A DNA stretch of 38,457 nucleotides. Origin: Frankiaceae bacterium. Its GTDB lineage: Bacteria; Actinomycetota; Actinomycetes; JAFAQI01. The notes beneath the pieces were generated by a model. It searched no databases. It was given only the letters and a program-made list of their open reading frames with translations, and was not told the DNA's origin. The stretch covers positions 1 through 38,457 of the forward strand of contig JAVEEH010000146.1 of the NCBI GenBank assembly GCA_030840545.1, read 5' to 3'. Shown here one piece after another: positions 25,969 through 34,804 of the stretch; the stretch's first letter is position 1; the number at the start of each line of letters is the position of its first letter. The position numbers were made by a program, and so were the translations under genes.

Positions 25969-28900
25969 CTAGTCGATGACACGCAGCCAGAACGTGAGCC
26001 CGAGCTCCTCGACCTGGTGCGGCGCGAGTGGCGCATGGGGCCGGTCCTCGGCCACGGTCGTCGCCAGCACCTCGCGCGCGAGCAGGTCCCGGCCCTCCCG
26101 AAGCGCGGTTGCCGTGAAGTCGTCGGTCGCCGTCCACCAGAGCTCGATGCGATCACTGACGTCGAACCCCTGACCCTTGCGGGCGTCCTGCACGAGCCGG
26201 ATCACCTCACGGACCGTGCCGGCGCGACGCAGCTCGTCGGTCAGCTCCAGGTCGAGCGCGACGGTCTCGTTGGCTGCGGTCGCGGTCGTCCAGCCCTCCT
26301 TGGGTGTCTCGGTCCTCAGCACGGCGTCGGCGTCGACCGTGACGCTCTCGCCGCCGGGGAGCGAGACGGTCCAGCTGCCCTTCTGGTCGGCGGTCAGGCT
26401 GCCGGCCGCGATCGCTGCCGCGACCTCCGGGGTGCGCGCGCCGAACTGCCTGCCGAGCACGCGGAAGTTGCCCTTGTAGGTCACCGTCACGAGCTCACTC
26501 GCGGCGGCCAGCGTGTCGACCTCGCGCACGTTGAGCTCGTCGGCGACGTGGCGGCGGAGCTCCGCCGGCAGCGCGGACCAGGACGGCGCGGACACCAGCG
26601 CCCGGGACAACGGCTGACGCGTCTTCACCCCCGAGTCGGCCCGCGCAGCCCGCCCCAGCTCGACCACGCGACGCACCAGTGCCATCTGCTCGCTGAGCGC
26701 CGCATCGACGAGCGAGCCGTCCACCTTCGGCCAGTCGCGCAGGTGCACCGAGTCCGGCAGATCCGGCCACACGTCGCACACCAACCGCTCGTGCACCTCG
26801 TCGGTGACAAAGGGAACGAACGGCGCCAGCAGCCTGGTCAGCACCTCGAGACACTCATGCAACGTCGCGAGCGCCGCCGGGTCACCGTCCCAGAACCTGC
26901 GCCGCGAGCGACGGACATACCAGTTCGACAGGTCGTCGATGTAGTGCGTGATGGCGCGCCCAGCCCGGGTGGGGTCGAAGTCCTCGAGAGCGGCGTCGAC
27001 CTCCTGCACCACCCGGTGCAGCTCGGACAGTGCCCAGCGGTCGAGCATGGGCCGGTTGGCGACGTCAGGCACGGGCGCCTGTCCTGGCACCCACTGGTTG
27101 GCGTTGGCATAGAGGACGAGGAACGACGCGGTGTTCCAGTAGGTCAGCAGCACCTTGCGCACGACCTCGTCGAGCAGCCCGTGTCCGACCCGTCGGGTCG
27201 ACCACGGGTTGCCGACACACAACATCAGCCAGCGCAGCGCATCGGCGCCGTGTCGCTCGAACAGCTCGAACGGGTCGAGCACGTTGCCGAGATGCTTGCT
27301 CATCTTGCGGCCCTGCTCGTCCACGATGTGGCCGAGACAAAGCACGGTCTCGTAAGCAGACCGGTCGAACACCAACGTGCCGATCGCCATCAACGTGTAG
27401 AACCAACCGCGGGTCTGGTCGATCGCCTCGCAGATGAACTGCGCGGGATAGGACCGTTCGAACTCCTCGACGTTGTGGTGCGGATAGCCCCACTGTCCGA
27501 ACGGCATCGCCCCGGCGTCGTACCAGCAGTCGATGACCTCGACAACCCGCTGTGCCGTCAACGCGCACTCGGACTGCGGACATTCGAACGTCACGTCGTC
27601 GACGAAAGGACGGTGCGGGTCGAGGCCGGCGAGGTCACGACCGGCGTACGACGACAGCTCGGCGAGCGACCCGACGCAGGTCAGATGCTCCTCGTCACAA
27701 CGCCAGATCGGCAACGGCGTGCCCCAGTAGCGGTTGCGGGACAGCGCCCAGTCGATGTTGTTGTCGAGCCAGTCGCCATAACGGCCGCGCTTGATGGTCG
27801 GCGGATGCCAGTCGGTGCGTTCGTTCTCCTCGAGCAACCTGCCCTTCACCACCGTGGTGCGGATGTACCAGGACGGCAGTGCGTAGTAGATGAGGGGCGT
27901 GTCGCATCGCCAGCAGTGCGGGTAGGAGTGGGTGTACTTCTCCTCCCGCCACAGCAGTCCGCGTGCGCGCAAGTCGTCCACGATGAACGGGTCCGCCGCC
28001 TTGAAGAACATCCCGCCGACGAGGGGAAGCCCTTCGGTGAAGTGACCATCCGCCTGCACCGGGTTGACGACCGGCAGCCCGTAGCGCCGCGCGACGGCGA
28101 GGTCGTCCGCACCGAACGCGGGCGCCTGGTGCACCAAGCCGGTGCCGTCCTCGACCGTGACGTAGTCGGCGAGCCCGACGTAGTGCGACGCGGGGATGTC
28201 GACGACGTCGAAGGGGCGCGAGTAGGTCGTGTGCTCGAGCTCGCTCCCGAGCATCAGCTGCACGACCTCGACCGGGGTGTCACCGAAGACCTTGTCGAGC
28301 AACGGCTCGGCGACGACGAGCACCTCGCCGACGCTGTCGTCGGGGCGCACCACTCTGACTGCGGCATAGCTGACATCGGGATGCACTGCCACCGCGGTGT
28401 TGGAGATCAGCGTCCACGGTGTCGTCGTCCACACGAGCAGCGCCGCGCCGGCGTCGGCCAACGGGCCGCTCGTCACGGGGAACCGGACGTAGACCGACGG
28501 GTCGGAGACCTCGTAGTAGCCCTGGGCGACTTCGTGGTCGGACAGGCCGGTGCCGCAGCGCGGGCAGTAGGGCGTGACGCGGTGGTCGGCGACCAGGAGT
28601 CCGGCGTCGAAGATCTGCTTGAGTGACCACCAGACGCTCTCGATGTAGGACGGGTTCATCGTCCAGTAGGCCGCCTCGAGGTCGACCCAGTAACCCATCC
28701 GCTGGGTCAGGCGGCTGAACTCGCCGACGTGCTCCTGGACCGACTCGCGGCAGCGCGCGTTGAACTCCGCGACGCCGTAGTCCTCGATGTCCTGCTTGCC
28801 CCGCTTGAACCCGAGCCGCTTCTCGACCTCGAGCTCCACCGGCAGCCCGTGGCAGTCCCAGCCCGCCCGACGCGGGACGTGGAACCCCTTCATCGTCCTG

Positions 28901-29115
28901 AAGCGCGGGAAGAGGTCCTTGAACACGCGGGCCTCGACGTGGTGCGTGCCCGGCTTGCCGTTGGCGGTCGGCGGGCCCTCGTAGAACGTCCAGAGCGGGC
29001 CGTCGGCGCTCCCGGCCAGCGAGCGGGCGAACACGTCGCGGTCGCGCCATCGGGCCAGGACCTCGTGCTCGAGCGCCGGCAGGTCGACCTGCGCCGGCAT
29101 CGGGCGGAAGGGCAT
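25969..29115 (-). CDS. ileS: Isoleucyl-tRNA synthetase
   Basis: MPFRPMPAQVDLPALEHEVLARW...FYEGPPTANGKPGTHHVEARVFKD is the HIGH region and KMSKH is present. The product is about 1048 aa. The start is ATG 29115, with GGAGGA 8 nt upstream. The track ORF is over-extended by 71 codons. Confidence 0.93.
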   Translation of the reverse strand: MPFRPMPAQVDLPALEHEVLARWRDRDVFARSLAGSADGPLWTFYEGPPTANGKPGTHHVEARVFKDLFPRFRTMKGFHVPRRAGWDCHGLPVELEVEKRLGFKRGKQDIEDYGVAEFNARCRESVQEHVGEFSRLTQRMGYWVDLEAAYWTMNPSYIESVWWSLKQIFDAGLLVADHRVTPYCPRCGTGLSDHEVAQGYYEVSDPSVYVRFPVTSGPLADAGAALLVWTTTPWTLISNTAVAVHPDVSYAAVRVVRPDDSVGEVLVVAEPLLDKVFGDTPVEVVQLMLGSELEHTTYSRPFDVVDIPASHYVGLADYVTVEDGTGLVHQAPAFGADDLAVARRYGLPVVNPVQADGHFTEGLPLVGGMFFKAADPFIVDDLRARGLLWREEKYTHSYPHCWRCDTPLIYYALPSWYIRTTVVKGRLLEENERTDWHPPTIKRGRYGDWLDNNIDWALSRNRYWGTPLPIWRCDEEHLTCVGSLAELSSYAGRDLAGLDPHRPFVDDVTFECPQSECALTAQRVVEVIDCWYDAGAMPFGQWGYPHHNVEEFERSYPAQFICEAIDQTRGWFYTLMAIGTLVFDRSAYETVLCLGHIVDEQGRKMSKHLGNVLDPFELFERHGADALRWLMLCVGNPWSTRRVGHGLLDEVVRKVLLTYWNTASFLVLYANANQWVPGQAPVPDVANRPMLDRWALSELHRVVQEVDAALEDFDPTRAGRAITHYIDDLSNWYVRRSRRRFWDGDPAALATLHECLEVLTRLLAPFVPFVTDEVHERLVCDVWPDLPDSVHLRDWPKVDGSLVDAALSEQMALVRRVVELGRAARADSGVKTRQPLSRALVSAPSWSALPAELRRHVADELNVREVDTLAAASELVTVTYKGNFRVLGRQFGARTPEVAAAIAAGSLTADQKGSWTVSLPGGESVTVDADAVLRTETPKEGWTTATAANETVALDLELTDELRRAGTVREVIRLVQDARKGQGFDVSDRIELWWTATDDFTATALREGRDLLAREVLATTVAEDRPHAPLAPHQVEELGLTFWLRVID

Positions 29116-29340
29116 CGGGTTCGTCCTCCGGTCGGGCATCGGCTCCGGGGGGAGCGCTGCGTCGTCCCGGAGGGACGAGCCCCGCCGTGCGGCGGGACCC
29201 GCGGTGCCACCCTCCTTGGCCCGCCGCCGCCGTGGCCGGTGAGCCCGCTCGAGGTCGCGGCCGGGTCTAGTCGACGTGCGGGCACGTCTTTCTTCCGGCG
29301 GCTCAGGGGTGATCTTCGGACCGGGCACGCCCCCGGGCTC
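29116..29340 (-). promoter_or_regulatory. T-box leader (Ile specifier AUC), translational SD-sequestering type
   Basis: On the minus strand, the T-box core GGAGGGUGGCACCGCGGG is at 29215..29198. GAAG-AUC-A (AUC = 29313..29311) is the candidate specifier plus a conserved purine. GUCCCUCCGG (29176..29167) is complementary both to the GGAGGG 5' of the T-box bulge and to the SD CCGGAGGAC (29131..29123). No U-tract terminator is present. The 5' boundary is approximate. Confidence 0.75.
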
Positions 29341-29506
29341 GCACCGTCCCCGGGTCGCTGCTGGCTGCGTCCGGGCCTACTCGGCCCCGTCAGCACCTTC
29401 TCGCCCGCTCAGGCTAGCCCGTCACACGCTCGCCGCGCAGCCGGGATTCCGGCCCCGCGCCATGGCCACCGGGAACGGCCGGGGCGAGGTGCTCGGCGTG
29501 CCGACG

Positions 29507-29535
29507 TTGCCCGCGTTGCGGACGAGACTTATCCT
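29507..29535 (+). promoter_or_regulatory. Candidate promoter for the DdbA-like gene: -35 TTGCCC, 17-nt spacer, -10 TATCCT
   Basis: The hexamers are at 29507..29512 and 29530..29535, about 57 nt upstream of ATG 29592. This is a motif match only. Confidence 0.3.
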
Positions 29536-29591
29536 GCGACGACCCAAGATCGGCGGCGGCGGCCCGCCGCGGACAGTTGAGAGGCGGCAGC

Positions 29592-30821
29592 ATGGCCGAC
29601 GAGCGCGGTGGAGGGCGGCTGCGCCGCATGTTCGGCCGTCGATCCCGCGACGCCCAGGACGCCCCCGCGGTGTCCGTCCCGCCAGCCATCCGGTCCGTGC
29701 CGCCGCCCTCGCCACCAACGTCGGCGCCCGTGAAGGGAACTCCCGTGGCCCCATCGAAGCGCGCGCCGGCCAGGAAGGCGGCCGCCAAGAAGGTCGCCGG
29801 CAAGAAGGCAGCACCCGGCCGGGCGCCGGCCAAGAAGGCGCCCGTGACCAAGGTGGCCGCGAAGAAGGCCCCGACCACGTCGGCGCTGAAGCGGACGCCG
29901 GCCGGCAAGGGTCCCGCCAAGAAGGCGGCCGCGAAGAAGGTCGCGGTCAAGAAGGCGCCGACGAAGAAGGTCGCCGCCAAGAAAGCCCCGGCGAAGCGGT
30001 CCCAGGCCAAGAAGACAGCGGCCAAGAAGTCCTCACCCGCCAAGCGGCCGGCGGCGAAGAAGGGGGCCGGCAAGAAGACCGCCTCGAAGGCGGCCGGCAA
30101 GAAGACACCGACTCGAACTACGCCGCCGGTGCGCCCGGCCGCCGTCAAAGCACCCGTCAAGGCCCCGGCCAAGCCAACAGCACCGGCCAAAGCCGCGACC
30201 GTGAAGTCCCCGCCGGCCAAGGCCGTGCCCACGAAGGCTGCGCTGGTCAAGGTCGCGCCCCCGAAAGCTGCGCCGGTCAAGACTGCGCCGGTCAAGGCCC
30301 CGCCGGTGCAGCCCGTGGCGGTCCAGGTCCCGGAGGCTCGTCCTGCCGAGCCGGCACCGGCGCCGGTGAAGACCGCCCCACCGCCGGTCAAGGCGGCTGC
30401 CCCGGTGAAGGCTGCGCCGCAGGCAAAACCGGGCGCAACAGTCCTGCCCGGCGAGCGCCCGTGGACCAAACCGGAGCTGGCCGCGATCCGCAAGGAGCTC
30501 GACGCGCAGGCCCGCGAGCTCCGCGGGGAGATCACCGAGGCCGAGAGCGCCTGGGCGGCGCTGCAGCGCGACAGCGGCGAGGGCTCGGGTGACGACCAGG
30601 CCGATGCCGGCACCAAGACCTTCGAGCGCGAGCACGAGATGTCGCTCGCGGCCAACAGCCGCGACCTCCTCGCGCAGGTCGAGCGGGCCCTCCAGCGGCT
30701 CGACAACGGGACCTACGGCATCTGCGAGAACTGTGGCAACCCGATCGGCAAGGGTCGGCTGCAAGCCTTCCCTCGTGCGACGCTATGTGTGACATGCAAG
30801 CAACGCGAGGAACGGCGGTAG
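29592..30821 (+). CDS. DdbA-like protein: histone-H1-like Lys/Ala/Pro N-terminal region + DksA/TraR C4 zinc-finger C-terminal domain
   Basis: Residues about 48-280 are [19 protein letters not shown] repeats. The C-terminus has a coiled coil plus [25 protein letters not shown] (CxxC-N17-CxxC). ATG 29592 is preceded by GAGAGG at 7 nt; track start 29577 is TTG. It sits between ileS and lspA, as Streptomyces DdbA does. Confidence 0.8.
   Translation: MADERGGGRLRRMFGRRSRDAQDAPAVSVPPAIRSVPPPSPPTSAPVKGTPVAPSKRAPARKAAAKKVAGKKAAPGRAPAKKAPVTKVAAKKAPTTSALKRTPAGKGPAKKAAAKKVAVKKAPTKKVAAKKAPAKRSQAKKTAAKKSSPAKRPAAKKGAGKKTASKAAGKKTPTRTTPPVRPAAVKAPVKAPAKPTAPAKAATVKSPPAKAVPTKAALVKVAPPKAAPVKTAPVKAPPVQPVAVQVPEARPAEPAPAPVKTAPPPVKAAAPVKAAPQAKPGATVLPGERPWTKPELAAIRKELDAQARELRGEITEAESAWAALQRDSGEGSGDDQADAGTKTFEREHEMSLAANSRDLLAQVERALQRLDNGTYGICENCGNPIGKGRLQAFPRATLCVTCKQREERR
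29733..30431 (+). repeat. Degenerate in-frame Lys/Ala/Pro coding repeats
   Basis: There are many copies of GCCAAGAAGGC-like units encoding AKKA/PAKK. A second block encodes APVK/PVKA. This is low-complexity sequence, not exact tandem repeats. Confidence 0.6.
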
Positions 30822-31336
30822 CCGCTCCGCCCGACCGGCCCGCGTCCCGTCGTACGGTCCTGCTCGTCGTCACGGCGCTCGTCGTGCTCGTCGCCGACGC
30901 CGTGAGCAAGATCATCATCGTCGCCACGCTGCGCCCGGAAGAGCGGGTTCACCTGTTCGGCAACTGGCTGCAGCTCACCGAGACCCGCAACGCCGGCGCC
31001 GCGTTCAGCGTCGGGACGGGCGCGACGTTCATCTTCACCGGCGTCGCCGTCGCGGTCGTCGTCGTGATCGCCCGCCAGGCCCGGCGACTGTTCAGCCGGG
31101 CCTGGGCGCTGACTCTCGGGCTGCTGCTCGGCGGGGCGCTCGGCAACCTGGCCGACCGGCTGCTGCGCGGCCCGGCGCCGTTGCGCGGTCACGTCGTCGA
31201 CTGGATCCAGCTGCCGCACTGGCCCGTGTTCAACCTCGCGGACTCCGCCATCGTCGTCGGCGGCTGCCTGGCGGTGCTGCTGGCCAGCCGCGGCGTCCCC
31301 CTCGACGACCGCCCCGAGCCGGGTGGTCAGCCGTGA
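30785..31336 (+). CDS. lspA: Lipoprotein signal peptidase (signal peptidase II)
   Basis: [11 protein letters not shown] and [23 protein letters not shown] (FNxAD) are present, with four TM segments. The start is ATG 30785 or ATG 30794. Either one overlaps the 3' end of the upstream gene by 28-37 nt. Confidence 0.85.
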   Translation: MCDMQATRGTAVAAPPDRPASRRTVLLVVTALVVLVADAVSKIIIVATLRPEERVHLFGNWLQLTETRNAGAAFSVGTGATFIFTGVAVAVVVVIARQARRLFSRAWALTLGLLLGGALGNLADRLLRGPAPLRGHVVDWIQLPHWPVFNLADSAIVVGGCLAVLLASRGVPLDDRPEPGGQP

Positions 31337-32262
31337 CGACGCAGGCCAGGTCGCTGCCGATCCCGGACGGTCTCGACGGGCTGCGGCTCGACGTCGCCGT
31401 GGCTCGCCTCTTCGGCCTGTCCCGCACTGCAGCGGCGGACCTCCTCGAAGCCGGCTCGGTCACGCTCGACGGGCGCGACGGCCGCAAGTCCGACCGGGTC
31501 ACCAGCGGCGCCTGGATAGAGGTCGCCCTGCCGGTGACGGCCGACGCGGCGCCGCCGCCGGAGCCGGTGCCGGGCCTGCGAATCGTGTTCGAGGACAACG
31601 ACCTGGTCGTCGTCGACAAGCCGGTGGGGGTCGCGGCTCATCCGAGTCCCGGCTGGACCGGCCCGACCGTGATCGGGGGGCTCGCTGCCGCCGGCCACCG
31701 GGTCGCCCTCTCGGGTGCTGCCGAGCGGCAGGGGATCGTCCACCGACTCGACGTCGGCACCACCGGGTTGATGGTCGTCGCGAAGAGCGAACGCGCCTAC
31801 TCGGTCCTGAAGGACGCCTTCCGCGACCGTGCCGTCGACAAGCTCTACGCCGCGCTGGTGCAGGGCCATCCGGATCCCTCCCGGGGCACCATCGACGCGC
31901 CCATCGACCGCCACCCGACCCACGACTACAAGTGGGCGGTCGTGGCAGGTGGCAAGCCGAGCGTCACCCACTACGAGACGGTCGAGGCATTCCGCGCTGC
32001 GTCGCTGCTGCATGTCCGGCTCGAGACCGGGCGGACGCATCAGATCCGGGTGCACATGTCCGCGATCCGTCACCCCTGCGTCGGTGACCTCACCTACGGC
32101 GCCGACCCCACGCTGGCCAGCCGGCTCGGGCTGCAGCGCCAGTGGTTGCACGCTCATCGTCTCGCTTTCGACCACCCCGTCGACGGCCATCGTGTCGAGT
32201 TCGAGAGCCCACCGGCCACCGACCTGCAGGCCGCGCTCGACACACTGGCGGCCGAGTCGTGA
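31333..32262 (+). CDS. rluD: RluA/RluD-family 23S rRNA pseudouridine synthase
   Basis: It has an S4-like N-terminus, the catalytic motif [15 protein letters not shown] and [13 protein letters not shown] 31333 overlaps the lspA TGA. Confidence 0.88.
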   Translation: MTTQARSLPIPDGLDGLRLDVAVARLFGLSRTAAADLLEAGSVTLDGRDGRKSDRVTSGAWIEVALPVTADAAPPPEPVPGLRIVFEDNDLVVVDKPVGVAAHPSPGWTGPTVIGGLAAAGHRVALSGAAERQGIVHRLDVGTTGLMVVAKSERAYSVLKDAFRDRAVDKLYAALVQGHPDPSRGTIDAPIDRHPTHDYKWAVVAGGKPSVTHYETVEAFRAASLLHVRLETGRTHQIRVHMSAIRHPCVGDLTYGADPTLASRLGLQRQWLHAHRLAFDHPVDGHRVEFESPPATDLQAALDTLAAES

Positions 32263-33149
32263 CGGGTCGGCTCCGCGAGCTCGACGACGCGTGGGTGCCG
32301 ACCGCGGCGGGGCGGCTGCGCGGTCTGCTCGCGCAGGTGCGCCGGGCCGCCGGCCCCGGCAACACCTTCGGCCGGACCGTGACCCGTGTCGTCCACGACG
32401 AACCGGCGCTTGCCGGGTCGGTCGCCGCGGTGCTGCTCGCCGGCGTGCTCATCGCCAGCGTGGGGGAGAGCGCGGTCGAGCAACCGGGTGGCCGCAACGC
32501 CGGTGTCGTGCTCCCCACCACGCCGCCGGCACTCGTCGCGACGATCGGCCCCGCGCCCGGAGCATCCGTGGCGACCTACCTCACCCGGGCCGGCTATGAC
32601 CTCCGGCACTACGGCGAGATCGCAGCCGGCCGACCTACCTACGCCGTGGTCGATCTGCGGCGTTACGCGAGCGTGGCCGAGGCGACGACGACGTTCGACG
32701 GTGCCACGGTGGTGCGTGCCTACGTGCGGGTCCCGTCGCGCCTGCCCACTGAGGTGCGCAGCGTCCCGGTCAACGGGTTGCAAGACCTCAGCGGCGGCAT
32801 CACGAAGGCCGCCCAGGTCGCCGCCGCGACCGCCAAGAGCTATGGCGCGCTGCTCGCGACCTTTCACCCGCAGTCACATGCCGACCGGGTGACCCGGGCC
32901 CGCTATGCCCTGCAGCGGCGGGCGGCCCGGCTGGAGGCGGCCCGGCTGGCCCGGCCGGCGACGTGCCGGTGCATCTTCGCCGTCGTCGTGCTGGCCGACA
33001 TCCAACGGCTGGCGGCGCTGTCCCGGATCGCCGCCGTACGCGTCGTCGACCCCGCCTCACCCGTGATTCCCATCGCCGGGCTCACGGTGCGCCCGCTGCT
33101 GCCGGAGGCGACAACGGCCGTCCCCCGGACCGGCCTGCTCGGTGGGTGA
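32259..33149 (+). CDS. Hypothetical membrane-anchored protein (single TM), family not recognised
   Basis: GTG 32259 overlaps the rluD TGA. The frame is GC3-rich throughout. It has one TM helix ([19 protein letters not shown]). I recognised no motif. The upstream 39 codons of the track ORF overlap rluD. Confidence 0.55.
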   Translation: MTGRLRELDDAWVPTAAGRLRGLLAQVRRAAGPGNTFGRTVTRVVHDEPALAGSVAAVLLAGVLIASVGESAVEQPGGRNAGVVLPTTPPALVATIGPAPGASVATYLTRAGYDLRHYGEIAAGRPTYAVVDLRRYASVAEATTTFDGATVVRAYVRVPSRLPTEVRSVPVNGLQDLSGGITKAAQVAAATAKSYGALLATFHPQSHADRVTRARYALQRRAARLEAARLARPATCRCIFAVVVLADIQRLAALSRIAAVRVVDPASPVIPIAGLTVRPLLPEATTAVPRTGLLGG

Positions 33150-34737
33150 CCCCGCCGGCGTCGTGTCGACCGGGGGCCGGCGCGCGGCGACCATCGCGAC
33201 CTATGCCGTGCTGGCGTTGTCGATGGCCGACAACACGACGGTCGGGGTCGCCGTTCCCAAGGTGCGCGACTCCTTCCACCTCGGGGTCACTTCGCTGCAG
33301 TGGGTGGTCGCCGGTTACATCGTGGCTTTCGCCGGACTGCTGTTCACCGGCGGTGTCGTCGGCGACCGCTATGGCCGCAAGCGGGCACTTGTCGTCGGCA
33401 TCTCCGTGTTCGGGGCCGGCGCGGTCGTCGCTGCGACCGCCGTCGACTGGCGGATGCTCGTCGCCGGCCGGGTCGTGCAGGGCGTCGGGGCGGCGTGCTC
33501 GGAGCCCGGCACCTTGTCGCTGCTGCGTCAGCTGCACCCGGACGAACGGCAGCGGATGCGGGTGTTCGGCGGTTGGGCCGCCGCGTCGGGTCTTGCCCTC
33601 GCCGCCGGCCCGGTGGTCGCCGGCTTGCTCATCGAGATCGGCGGGTGGCGGGCGGTGTTCGTCGCCGAGGCGCTGGCGGCCGCGGCTGCAGCGGTTGTCG
33701 GCGCGGCGTTGCTCCCGGAGAGCTCCGACCCGCCCCGCGGGCGAGCCGACCTGCGCGGTCAGGTGTTCGCGGCGCTGACCCTCGCCGCCACGACCTACGC
33801 GTTGATCGACGGTCAGGACCGCGGGTTCGCGGCGCCGAGGGTCCTGCTCGCCTGGGGTGTCGCGGCCGCGGCGGTCCTTGCGTTCGTCCGGGTCGAGCGC
33901 CGTCAGGACGAGCCGGTGATCGACCTGCGGCTGCTGCGTGACCGCAACGCCGCCGCTGGGCTGCTCGCCGCCGCGACGTCGACGTTCGCGTTGTTCTCCG
34001 TGCTGCTCCTCGTCAGCCTCGACCTGGAGATCGTCGGCAGCTTCTCCGGCCTGCGCACCGCGGCGGTGTTCGCGCCGATGACCGCAGCGATGGTCGTGGC
34101 CGGGCCGCTCGGTGGCCGGTGGGTCGCGCGGCACGGGCCGGCGCCACCCCTCGTGAGCGGCCTGCTCCTGGCGGCGGTGTCCTGTGCCGGTCTCGATGCG
34201 GTGCTCCGGCGTCCCGTCCCGTTGGTCCCGACCATCGTCACGCTCACCGCCATGGGTCTCGGGTTCGGGCTGGTCGTCGCGCCGATGGTGGGCACGGTGC
34301 TCGCCCGGGTGCCGGCGCGCCGGTCCGGGATGGGGGCCGCCGCGGTGACCGCCGCGCGGGAGGTGGGCGGGGTCGTCGGCGTGGCCGTGCTCGGCGCGAT
34401 CGTCAACGGCCTGCTGTTCGCCAACCTGACCCGCCGGCTGGGCGACCTCGGCATCCCGGTGTCCTACCGCAAGATCGTGGTCGACGCCGTGCGCGGCGGC
34501 GTCCCCCTGCCGAAGCAACCGCCACCGCACGGGTCGTTTCTCGAGCGCTATCTCGCGGCGATCAAGCAGTCCGTGATCGACAAGACCGTCGACGCCGGCA
34601 AGGCGGCCTACGTCGACAGCCTCCGGACCGCCCTGCTGGTCGCGGTCGGGGTCCTCCTGAGCGGAGCGGTGGGGGTCGCCCTCCTCCTGCGACACACCGA
34701 GCGCGACACGCCGACCGCCGTCGGTGCGAGATGTTAG
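33142..34737 (+). CDS. MFS transporter, DHA2 (EmrB/QacA-like, about 14 TM) drug:H+ antiporter type
   Basis: MFS motif A is GVVGDRYGRKRAL. The 531-aa polytopic profile fits 14-TM DHA2 members. GTG 33142 overlaps the upstream gene by 8 nt. GTG 33163 is an alternative start. Confidence 0.85.
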   Translation: MGDPAGVVSTGGRRAATIATYAVLALSMADNTTVGVAVPKVRDSFHLGVTSLQWVVAGYIVAFAGLLFTGGVVGDRYGRKRALVVGISVFGAGAVVAATAVDWRMLVAGRVVQGVGAACSEPGTLSLLRQLHPDERQRMRVFGGWAAASGLALAAGPVVAGLLIEIGGWRAVFVAEALAAAAAAVVGAALLPESSDPPRGRADLRGQVFAALTLAATTYALIDGQDRGFAAPRVLLAWGVAAAAVLAFVRVERRQDEPVIDLRLLRDRNAAAGLLAAATSTFALFSVLLLVSLDLEIVGSFSGLRTAAVFAPMTAAMVVAGPLGGRWVARHGPAPPLVSGLLLAAVSCAGLDAVLRRPVPLVPTIVTLTAMGLGFGLVVAPMVGTVLARVPARRSGMGAAAVTAAREVGGVVGVAVLGAIVNGLLFANLTRRLGDLGIPVSYRKIVVDAVRGGVPLPKQPPPHGSFLERYLAAIKQSVIDKTVDAGKAAYVDSLRTALLVAVGVLLSGAVGVALLLRHTERDTPTAVGARC

Positions 34738-34804
34738 ACAGGACGGGTACGTCGGCCGCCTTCCCCCGTGCCGAAACACTGCACCGTCGGCGCTGGAGAT
34801 CCCC

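Noticed and set aside
25954-28626. 890-aa ORF on the plus strand opposite ileS
   Set aside because: It is antisense to a full-length IleRS (HIGH/KMSKS present on the minus strand). It has low-complexity Arg/Val/Gly composition. It is a GC artefact.
29116-29328. Upstream in-frame starts for ileS (track start 29328; ATG 29139)
   Set aside because: The extension would translate the T-box leader itself. ATG 29139 has GGAG only 3 nt upstream, whereas ATG 29115 has GGAGGA at 8 nt and yields the family-typical N-terminus ...PAQVDLPALEH.
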